Source: the human T2T-CHM13v2.0 reference genome, Homo sapiens
Strand: one strand, 5' to 3'
DNA: 64,000 nucleotides
Assembly: GCF_009914755.1 (NCBI RefSeq)
Contig: NC_060927.1
The notes beneath the pieces were generated by a model, which saw only the letters and a list, made by a program, of their open reading frames with translations, did no database searches and was not told where the DNA came from. Both the position numbers and the translations under genes were made by a program. Position 1 is the first letter of the stretch. The number at the start of each line of letters is the position of its first letter. Below, piece by piece: positions 48,425-61,805 of this stretch.

Positions 48425-50100
48425 ATGAAATATCAAAGTTCACAAACTATATATTATGTACTGTACATAAAATATCAAAGTACCCAAGGTATATATTCTA
48501 TACTGTACAAAAAATATCAAAGTACCCAAAGCATGTATTATATAATGTACATAAAATATGAAAGTACATCAAATATATATTTTATTCTGTACATAAAATA
48601 TCAAAGAACACCAGATATATATTCTATAGTGTACATAAAATATCAAAGTACCCAAACTATACATTATATACTGTACATAAAATATGAAATTACATCATAT
48701 ATATATTAGGTACATAAAATATGAAAGTACATCAAATATATATTTTATTCTGTACATAAAATATCAAAGTACACCAGATATATATTCTATAGTGTACATA
48801 AAATAACAAAGTACACAAACTATAAATTATATACTGTACATAAAATATGAAATTACATCAAATATATATTAGGTACATAAAATATGAAAGTACATCAAAT
48901 ATAGATTATATACTGTACATATAATATCAACGTACCCGAAATATATATTTTATACTCTACATGAAATATCAAAGTTCACAAACCATATATTGTATACTGC
49001 ACATAAAATATCAAAATACCCAAGGTATATATTCTACACTGTACAAAAAATATCAAAGTACCCAAAGCAGGTATTATATACTGTATATAAAATATGAAAG
49101 TACATCAAATATATATTTTATTCTGTACATAAAATATCAAAGTACACCAGATATATATTCTATAGCGTACATAAAATATCAAGGTACCCAAACTATACAT
49201 TATATACTGTACATAAAATATGAAATTACATCAAATATATATTATATTAGGTACATAAAATACGAAAGTACATCAAATATAGATTATATACTGTACATAA
49301 AATATCAAAGTACCCCAATATATATTATATACTGTACATGAAATATCAAAGTTCACAAACTATATATTATGTACTGTACATAAAATATCAAAGTACCCAA
49401 GGTATATATTCTATACTGTACAAAAAATATCAAAGTACCCAAAGCATGTATTATATAATGTACATAAAATATGAAAGTACATCAAATATATATTATATTC
49501 TGTACATAAAATATCAAAGAACACCAGATATATATTCTATAGTGTACATAAAATATCAAAGTACCCAAACTATACATTATATACTGTACATAAAATATGA
49601 AATTACATCATATATATATTAGCTACATAAAATATGAAAGTATATCAAATATATATTTTATTCTGTACATAAAATATCAAAGTACACCAGATATATATTC
49701 TATAGTGTACATAAAATAACAAAGTACACAAACTATAAATTATATACTGTACATAAAATATGAAATTACATCAAATATATATTAGGTACATAAAATATGA
49801 AAGTACATCAAATATAGATTATATACTGTACATATAATATCAATGTACCCGAAATATATATTTTATACTCTACATGAAATATCAAAGTTCACAAACCATA
49901 TATTGTATACTGCACATAAAATATCAAAATACCCAAGGTATATATTCTATACTGTACAAAAAATATCAAAGTACCCAAAGCAGGTATTATATACTGTACA
50001 TAAAATATGAAAGTACATCAAATATATATTTTATTCTGTACATAAAATATCAAAGTACACCAGATATATATTCTATAGTGTACATAAAATATCAAAGTAC
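48425..50100 (+). repeat. Local 913-bp tandem super-repeat (536+377); second instance at about 59471-61150
   Basis: Landmark pairs 48425/49338, 48961/49874, 59471/60384 and 60007/60920 are all 913 bp apart. Confidence 0.88.
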
Positions 50101-53100
50101 CCAAACTATACATTATATACTGTACATAAAATATGAAATTACATCAAATATATATTATATTAGGTACATGAAATATGAAAGTACATCAAATATAGATTAT
50201 ATACTGTACATAAAATATGAAAGTACCCCAAATATATATTATATACTCTACATGAAATATCAAAGTTCACAAACTATATATTATATACTGTACATAAAAT
50301 ATCAAAGTACCCAAGGTATATATTCTATACTGTACAAAAAATATCAAAGTATCCAAAGCATGTATTATATACTGTATATAAAATATGAAAGTACATCAAA
50401 TATATATTTTATTCTGTACATAAAATATCAAAGTACACCAGATATATATTCTATAGTGTACATAAAATATCAAAGTACCCAAACTATACATTATATACTG
50501 TACATAAAATATGAAATTACAGCAAATATATATTATATTAGGTACATAAAATATGAAAGTACATCAAATATAGATTATATACTGTACATTAAATACCAAA
50601 GTACCCCAAATATATATTTTATACTGTACATGAAATATCAAAGTTCACAAACTATATATTATATACTGTACATAAAATATCAATGTACCCAAGGTATATA
50701 TTCTATACTGCACAAAAAATATCAAAGTACCCAAAGCATGTATTATATACTGTATATAAAATATGAAAGTACATCAAATATATATTTTATTCTGTACGTA
50801 AAATATCAAAGTACACCGGATATATATTCTATAGTGTACATAAAATATCAAAGTACCCAAACTATACATTATATACTGTACATAAAATATGAAATTACAT
50901 CAAATATATATTATATTAGGTACATAAAATACGAAAGTACATCAAATATAGATTATATACTGTATATAAAATATCAAAGTACCCCAATATATATTATATA
51001 CTGTACATGAAATATCAAAGTTCACAAACTATATATTATGTACTGTACATAAAATATCAAAGTACCCAAGGTATATATTCTATACTGTACAAAAAATATC
51101 AAAGTACCCAAAGCATGTATTATATAATGTACATAAAATATGAAAGTACATCAAATATATATTTTATTCTGTACATAAAATATCAAAGAACACCAGATAT
51201 ATATTCTATAGTGTACATAAAATATCAAAGTACCCAAACTATACATTATATACTGTACATAAAATATGAAATTACATCATATATATATTAGGTACATAAA
51301 ATATGAAAGTACATCAAATATATATTTTATTCTGTACATAAAATATCAAAGTACACCAGATATATATTCTATAGTGTACATAAAATATCAAAGTACCCAA
51401 ACTATACATTATATACTGTACATAAAATATGAAATTACAGCAAATATATATTATATTTGGTACATAAAATATGAAAGTACATCAAATATAGATTATATAC
51501 TGTACATTAAATACCAAAGTACCCCAAATATATATTTTATACTGTACATGAAATATCAAAGTTCACAAACTATATATTATATACTGTACATAAAATATCA
51601 ATGTACCCAAGGTATATATTCTATACTGCACAAAAAATATCAAAGTACCCAAAGCATGTATTATATACTGTATATAAAATATGAAAGTACATCAAATATA
51701 TATTTTATTCTGTACATAAAATATCAAAGTACACCAGATATATATTCTATAGTGTACATAAAATATCAAAGTACCCAAACTATACATTATATACTGTACA
51801 TAAAATATGAAATTACATCAAATATATATTATATTAGGTACATAAAATACGAAAGTACATCAAATATAGATTATATACTGTACATAAAATATCAAAGTAA
51901 CCCAATATATATTATATACTGTACATGAAATATCAAAGTTCACAAACTATATATTATGTACTGTACAGAAAATATCAAAGTACCCAAGGTATATATTCTA
52001 TACTGTACAAAAAATATCAAAGTACCCAAAGCATGTATTATATAATGTACATAAAATATGAAAGTACATCAAATATATATTTTATTCTGTACATAAAATA
52101 TCAAAGAACACCAGATATATATTCTATAGTGTACATAAAATATCAAAGTACCCAAACTATACATTATATACTGTACATAAAATATGAAATTACATCATAT
52201 ATATATTAGGTACATAAAATATGAAAGTACATCAAATATATATTTTATTCTGTACATAAAATATCAAAGTACACCAGATATATATTCTATATTGTACATA
52301 AAATAACAAAGTACACAAACTATAAATTATATACTGTACATAAAATATGAAATTACATCAAATATATATTAGGTACATAAAATATGAAAGTACATCAAAT
52401 ATAGATTATATACTGTACATATAATATCAATGTACCCGAAGTATATATTTTATACTCTACATGAAATATCAAAGTTCACAAACCATATATTGTATACTGC
52501 ACATAAAATATCACAATACCCAAGGTATATATTCTATACTGTACAAAAAATATCAAAGTACCCAAAGCAGGTATTATATACTGTACATAAAATATGAAAG
52601 TACATCAAATATATATTTTATTCTGTACATAAAATATCAAAGTACACCAGATATATATTCTATAGCGTACATAAAATATCAAAGTACACAAACTATACAT
52701 TATATACTGTACATAAAATATGAAATTACATCAAATATATATTATATTAGGTACATAAAATATGAAAGTACATCAAATATAGATTATATACTGTAAATAT
52801 AATATCAATGTACCCCAAATATATATTTTATACTCTACATGAAATATGAAAGTTCACAAACCATATATTATATACTGTACATAAAATATCAAAGTACCCA
52901 AGGTATATATTCTATACTGTACAAAAAATATCAAAGTACACAAAGCATGTATTATATACTGTACATAAAATATGAAATTACATCAAATATATATTATATT
53001 AGGTACATAAAATATGAAAGTACATCAAATATAGATTATATACTGTACATAAAATATCAAAGTACCCCAAATATATATTATATACTGTACATGTAATATC

Positions 53101-54213
53101 AAAGTTCACAACTATATATTACATACTGTACATAAAATATCAAAGTACCCAAGGTATATATTCTATACTGTACAAAAAATATCAAAGTACCCAAAGCATG
53201 TATTATATACTGTACATAAAATATGAAAGTACATCAAATATATATTTTATTCTGTACATAAAATATCAAAGTACACCAGATATATATTCTATAGTGTACA
53301 TAAAATATCAAAGTACCCAAACTATACATTATATACTGTACATAAAATATGAAATTACATCAAATATATATTAGGTACATAAAATATGAAAGTACATCAA
53401 ATATAGATTATATACTGTACATAAAATATCAAAGTACCCTAAATATATATTATATACTGTACATGAAATATCAAAGTTCACAAACTATATATTATATACT
53501 GTACATAAAATATCAAAGTACCCAAGGTATATATTCTATACTGTACAAAAAATATCAAAGTACCCAAAGCATGTATTATATACTGTACATAAAATATGAA
53601 AGTACATCAAATATATATTTTCTTCTGTACATAAAATATCAAAGTACACCAGATATATATTCTATAGTGTACATAAAATAACAAAGTACACAAACTATAA
53701 ATTATATACTGTACATAAAATATGAAATTACATCAAATATATATTAGGTACATAAAATATGAAAGTACATCAAATATAGATTATATACTGTACATAAAAT
53801 ATCAATGTACCCCAAATATATATTTTATACTCTACATGAAATATCAAAGTTCACAAACCATATATTGTATACTGCACATAAAATATCAAAATACCCAAGG
53901 TATATATTCTATACTGTACAAAAAATATCAAAGTACCCAAAGCAGGTATTATATACTGTACATAAAATATGAAAGTACATCAAATATATATTTTATTCTG
54001 TACATAAAATATCAAAGTACACCAGATATATATTCTATAGCATACATAAAATATCAAAGTACACAAACTATACATTATATACTGTACATAAAATATGAAA
54101 TTACATCAAATATATATTATATTAGGTACATAAAATATGAAAGTACATCAAATATAGATTATATACTGTACATTAAATACCAAAGTACCCCAAATATATA
54201 TTTTATACTGAAC

Positions 54214-54465
54214 ATGAAATTTCAAAGTTCACAAACTATATATTATATACTGTACATAAAATATCAAAGTACACCAGATATATATTCTATAATGTACATA
54301 AAATATCAAAGTACCCAAACTATAGATTATATACTGTACATAAAATATGAAATTACATCAAATATATTTTATATTAGGTACATAAACTATGAAAGTACAT
54401 CAAATATAGATTATATACTGTACATTAAATACCAAAGTACCCCAAATATATATTTTATACTGTAC
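54214..54465 (+). repeat. Singleton 252-bp 6-monomer HOR (m1, m5-m9; lacks m2-m4)
   Basis: m1 is followed directly by m5 (AGTACACCAGATATATATTCTATAATG). m1 landmarks at 54214 and 54466. Confidence 0.88.
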
Positions 54466-57432
54466 ATGAAATATCAAAGTTCACAAACTATATATTATAT
54501 ACTGTATATATAATATCAAAGTACCCAAGGTATATATTCTATACTGTACAAAAAATAACGAAGTACCAAAAGCATGTATTATATACTGTACCTAAAATAT
54601 GAAAGTACATCAAATATATATTTTATTCTGTACATAAAATATCAAAGTACACCAGATATATATTCTATAGTGTACATAAAATATCAAAGTACCCAAACTA
54701 TACATTATATACTGTACATAAAATATGAAATTACATCAAATATATATTATATTAGGTACATAAAATATGAAAGTACATGAAGTATAGATTAAATACTGTA
54801 CATAAAATATCAAAGTACCCCAAATTTATATTATATACTCTACATGAAATATCAAATTTCACAAACTATATATTATATACTGTACATAAAATATCAAAGT
54901 ACCCAAGGTATATATTCTATAGTGTACAAAAAATATCAAAGTACCCAAAGCATGTATTATATACCGTACATAAAATATAAAATTACATCAAATATATATT
55001 TTATTCTGTACATAAAATATCAAAGTACACCAGTTATATATTCTATAGAGTACATAAAATATCAAAGTACCCAAACTATACATTACATACTGTACATAAA
55101 ATATGAAATTACATCAAATATATATTATAATAGGTACATAAAATATGAAAGTACATCAAATATAGATTATATACTGTACATTAAATACGAAAGTACCCCA
55201 AATATATATTTTATACTGTACATGAAATATCAAAGTACCCAAGGTATATATTCTATACTGTACAAAAAATATCAAAGTACCCAAAGCATGTATTACAAAC
55301 TGTACATAAAATATGAAAGTCCATCAAATATATATTTTATTCTGTACATAAAATATCAAAGTACACCAGATATATATTCTATAGTGTACATAAAATATCA
55401 AAGTACCCAAACTATACATTATATACTGTACATAAAATATGAAATTACATCAAATATATATTATATTAGGTACATAAAATATGAAAGTACATCAAATATA
55501 GATTATATACTGTACATTAAGTACCAAAGTACCCCAAATATATATTTTATACTGTACATGAAATATCAAAGTTCACAAACTATATATTATATACTGTACA
55601 TAAAATATCAAAGTACCCAAGGTATATATTCTATACTGTACAAAAAATATCAAAGTACCCAAAGCATGTATTATATACTGTACATAAAGTATGAAAGTAC
55701 ATCAAATATATATTTTATTCTGTACATAAAATATCAAGGTACACCAGATATATATTCTATAGTGTACATAAAATATCAAAGTACCCAAACTATAAATTAT
55801 ATACTGTACATAAAATATGAAATTACATCAAATATATATTATATTAGGTACATAAAATATGAAAGTACATCAAATATAGATTATATACTCTACATTAAAT
55901 ACCAAAGTACCCCAAATATATATTTTATACTGTACATGAAATATCAAAGTTCACAAAGTATATATTATATACTGTACATAAAATATCAAAGTACCCAAGG
56001 TATATATTCTATACTGTACAAAAGATATCAAAGTACCCAAAGCATGTATTATATACTGTACATAAAATATGAAAGTACATCATATATATATTTTATTCTG
56101 TACATAAAATATTAAAGTACACCAGATATATATTCTATAGTGTACATAAAATATCAAAGTACCCAAACTATACATTATATACTGTACATAAAATATGAAA
56201 TTACATCAAATATATATTAAGTACATAAAATATGAAAGTACATCAAATATAGATTATATACTGTACATAAAATATCAATGTACACCAAATATATATTATA
56301 TACTCTACATGAAATATCAAAGTTCACAAACTATATATTATATACTGTCCATAAAATATCAAAGTACCCAAGGTATATATTCTATACTGTACAAAAAATA
56401 TCAAAGTACCCAAAGCATGTATTATATACTGTACCTAAAATATGAAAGTACATCAAATATATATTTTATTCTGTACATAAAATATCAAAGTACACCAGAT
56501 ATATATTCTATAGTGTATATAAAATATCAAAGTACCCAAACTATACATTATATACTGTACATAAAATATGAAATTACATCAAATATATATTATATTAGGT
56601 ACATAAAATATGAAAGTACATGAAGTATAGATTATATACTGTACATAAAATATCAAAGTACCCCTAATTTATATTATATACTATACATGAAATATCAAAG
56701 TTCACAAACTATATATTATATACTGTACATAAAATATCAAAGTACCCAAGGTATATATTCTATAGTGTACAAAAAATATCAAAGTACCCAAAGCATGTAT
56801 TATATACCGTACATAAAATATAAAATTACATCAAATATATATTTTATTCTGTACATAAAATATCAAAGTACACCAGATATATATACTATAGTGTACAGAA
56901 AATATCAAAGTACCCAAACTATACATTATACACTGCACATAAAATATGAAATTACATCAAATATATATTAGGTACATAAAATATGAAAGTACATCAAATA
57001 TAGATTATATACTGTAAATATAATATCAATGTACCCCAAATATATATTTTATACTCTACATGAAATATCAAAGTTCACAAACCATATATTATATACTGTA
57101 CATAAAATATCAAAGTACCCAAGGTATATATTCTATACTGTACAAAAAATATCAAAGTACCCAAAGCATGTATTATATACTGTACATAAAATATGAAAGT
57201 ACATCAAATATATATTTTATTCTATACATAAAATATCAAAGTACACCAGATATATATTCTACAGTGTACATAAAATATCAAAGTACCCAAACTATACATT
57301 ATATACTGTACATAAAATATGAAATTACATCAAATATATATTAGGTACATAAAATATGAAAGTACATCAAATATAGATTATATACTGTAAATATAATATC
57401 AACGTACCCCAAATATATATTTTATACTCTAC

Positions 57433-59320
57433 ATGAAATATCAAAGTTCACAAACCATATATTATATACTGTACATAAAATATCAAAGTACCCAAGTTAT
57501 ATATTCTATACTGTACAAAAAATATCAAAGTACCCAAAGCATGTATTATATACTGTACATAAAATATGAAAGTACATCAAATATATATTTTATTCTGTAC
57601 ATAAAATATCAAAGTACACTAGATATATATTCTATAGTGTACATAAAACATCAAAATACCCAAACTATACATTATATACTGTACATAAAATATGAGATTA
57701 CATCAAATATATATTATATTAGGTACATAAAATATGAAAGTACATCAAATATAGATTATATACTGTACATAAAATATCAAAGTACCCCGAATATATATTA
57801 TATACTCTACATGAAATATCAAAGTTCACAAACTATATATTATATACTGTACATAAAATATCAAAGTACCCAAGGTATATATTCTATACTGTACAAAAAA
57901 TATCAAAGTACCCAAAGCATGTATTATATACTGTTTATAAAATAAGAAAGTACATTAAATATATATTTTATTCGGTACATAAAATATCAAAGTACACCAG
58001 ATATATATTCTATAGTGTACATAAAATAACAAAGTACACAAACTATAAATTATATACTGTACATAAAATATGAAATTACATCAAATATATATTAGGTACA
58101 TAAAATATGAAAGTACATCAAATATAGATTATATACTGAACATATAATATCAATGTACCCCAAATATATATTTGATACTCTACATGAAATATCAAAGTTC
58201 AGAAACCATACATTATATACTGTACATAAAATATCAAAGTACCCAAGGTATATATTCTATACTGTACAAAAAATATCAAAGTACCCAAAGCATGTATTAT
58301 ATACTGTAGATAATATATGAAAGTACATCAAACATATATTTTATTTTGTACATAAAATATCAAAGTACACCAGATATATATTCTATAGTGTACATAAAAT
58401 ATCAAAGTACCCAAACTATACATTATATACTGTAGATAAAATATGAAATTACATCAAATATATATTAGGTACATAAAATATGAAAGTACATCAAATAGAT
58501 ATTTTATTCTGTACATAAAATATCAAAGTACACCAGATATATATTCTATAGTGTACATAAAATAACAAAGTACACAAACTATAAATTATATACTGTACAT
58601 AAAATATGAAATTACATCAAATATATATTAGGTACATAAAATATGAAAGTACATCAAATATAGATTATATACTGTACATATAATATCAATGTACCCGAAA
58701 TATATATTTTATACTCTACATGAAATATCAAAGTTCACAAACCATATATTGTATACTGCACATAAAATATCAAAATACCCAAGGTATATATTCTATACTG
58801 TACAAAAAATATCAAAGTACCCAAAGCAGGTATTATATACTGTACATAAAATATGAAAGTACATCAAATATATATTTTATTCTGTACATAAAATATCAAA
58901 GTACACCAGATATATATTCTATAGCGTACATAAAATATTCAAATTACACAAACTATACATTATATACTGTACATAAAATATGAAATTACATCAAATATAT
59001 ATTATATTAGGTACATAAAATATGAAAGTACATCAAATATAGATTATATACTGTACATTAAATACCAAAGTACCCCAAATATATATTTTATACTGTACAT
59101 GAAATTTCAAAGTTCACAAACTATATATTATATACTGTACATAAAATATCAAAGTACCCAAGGTATATATTCTATACTGTGCAAAAAATATCAAAGTACC
59201 CAAAGCATGTATTATATACTGTATATAAAATATGAAAGTACATCAAATATATATTTTATTCTGTACATAAAATATCAAAGTACACCAGATATATATTCTA
59301 TAGTGTACATAAAATAACAA
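57433..59320 (+). repeat. About 1.9-kb copy of about 20917-22800 (offset 36516, then 36517 after a 1-bp insertion near 58938)
   Basis: Shared AAACATCAAAATACC, CCCCGAAT, TTTGATACTC, GTTCAGAAACC, GAAATTTCAA and CTGTGCAAAA markers. Landmarks 20917/57433, 22204/58720 and 22582/59099. Confidence 0.87.
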
Positions 59321-61805
59321 AGTACACAAACTATAAATTATATACTGTACATAAAATATGAAATTACATCAAATATATATTAGGTACATAAAATACGAAA
59401 GTACATCAAATATAGATTATATACTGTACATAAAATATCAAAGTACCCCAATATATATTATATACTGTACATGAAATATCAAAGTTCACAAACTATATAT
59501 TATGTACTGTACATAAAATATCAAAGTACCCAAGGTATATATTCTATACTGTACAAAAAATATCAAAGTACCCAAAGCATGTATTATATAATGTACATAA
59601 AATATGAAAGTACATCAAATATATATTTTATTCTGTACATAAAATATCAAAGAACACCAGATATATATTCTATAGTGTACATAAAATATCAAAGTACCCA
59701 AACTATACATTATATACTGTACATAAAATATGAAATTACATCATATATATATTAGGTACATAAAATATGAAAGTACATCAAATATATGTTTTATTCTGTA
59801 CATAAAATATCAAAGTACACCAGATATATATTCTATAGTGTACATAAAATAACAAAGTACACAAACTATAAATTATATACTGTACATAAAATATGAAATT
59901 ACATCAAATATATATTAGGTACATAAAATATGAAAGTATATCAAATATAGATTATATACTGTACATATAATATCAATGTACCCGAAATATATATTTTATA
60001 CTCTACATGAAATATCAAAGTTCACAAACCATATATTGTATACTGCACATAAAATATCAAAATTCCCAAGGTATATATTCTATACTGTACAAAAAATATC
60101 AAAGTACCCAAAGCAGGTATTATATACTGTATATAAAATATGAAACTACATCAAATATATATTTTATTCTGTACATAAAATATCAAAGTACACCAGATAT
60201 ATATTCTATAGTGTACATAAAATATCAAGGTACCCAAACTATACATTATATACTGTACATAAAATATGAAATTACATCAAATATATATTATATTAGGTAC
60301 ATAAAATACGAAAGTACATCAAATATAGATTATATACTGTACATAAAATATCAAAGTACCCCAATATATATTATACACTGTACATGAAATATCAAAGTTC
60401 ACAAACTATATATTATGTACTGTACATAAAATATCAAAGTACCCAAGGTATATATTCTATACTGTACAAAAAATATCAAAGTACCCAAAGCATGTATTAT
60501 ATAATGTACATAAAATATGAAAGTACATCAAATATATATTTTATTCTGTACATAAAATATCAAAGAACACCAGATATATATTCTATAGTGTACATAAAAT
60601 ATCAAAGTACCCAAACTATACATTATATACTGTACATAAAATATGAAATTACATCATATATATATTAGGTACATAAAATATGAAAGTACATCAAATATAT
60701 ATTTTATTCTGTACATAAAATATCAAAGTACACCAGATATATATTCTATATTGTACATAAAATAACAAAGTACACAAACTATAAATTATATACTGTACAT
60801 AAAATATGAAATTACATCAAATATATATTAGGTACATAAAATATGAAAGTACATCAAATATAGATTATATACTGTACATATAATATCAATGTACCAGAAA
60901 TATATATTTTATACTCTACATGAAATATCAAAGTTCACAAACCATATATTGTATACTGCACATAAAATATCAAAATACCCAAGGTATATATTCTATACTG
61001 TACAAAAAATATCAAAGTACCCAAAGCAGGTATTATATACTGTACATAAAATATGAAAGTACATCAAATATATATTTTATTCTGTACATAAAATATCAAA
61101 GTACACCAGATATATATTCTATAGCGTACATAAAATATCAAAGTACACAAACTATACATTATATACTGTACATAAAATATGAAATTACATCAAATATATA
61201 TTATATTAGGTACATAAAATATGAAAGTACATCAAATATAGATTATATACTGTAAATATAATATTAATGTACCCCAAATATATATTTTATACTCTACATG
61301 AAATATCAAAGTTCACAAACCATATATTATATACTGTACATAAAATATCAAAGTACCCAAGGTATATATTCTATACTGTACAAAAAATATCAAAGTACCC
61401 AAAGCATGTATTATATACTGTACATAAAATATGAAAGTACATCAAATATATATTTTATTCTGTACATAAAATATCAAAGTACACCAGATATATATTCTAT
61501 AGTGTACATAAAATAACAAAGTACACAAACTATAAATTATATAATGTACATAAAATATGAAATTACATCAAATATATATTAGGTACATAAAATATGAAAG
61601 TACATCAAATATAGATTATATACTGTACATATAATATCAATGTACCCGAAATATATATTTTATACTCTACATGAAATATCAAAGTTCACAAACCATATAT
61701 TGTATTCTGCACATAAAATATCAAAATACCCAAGGTATATATTCTATACTGTACAAAAAATATCAAAGTATCCAAAGCATGTATTATGTACTGTATATAA
61801 AATAT

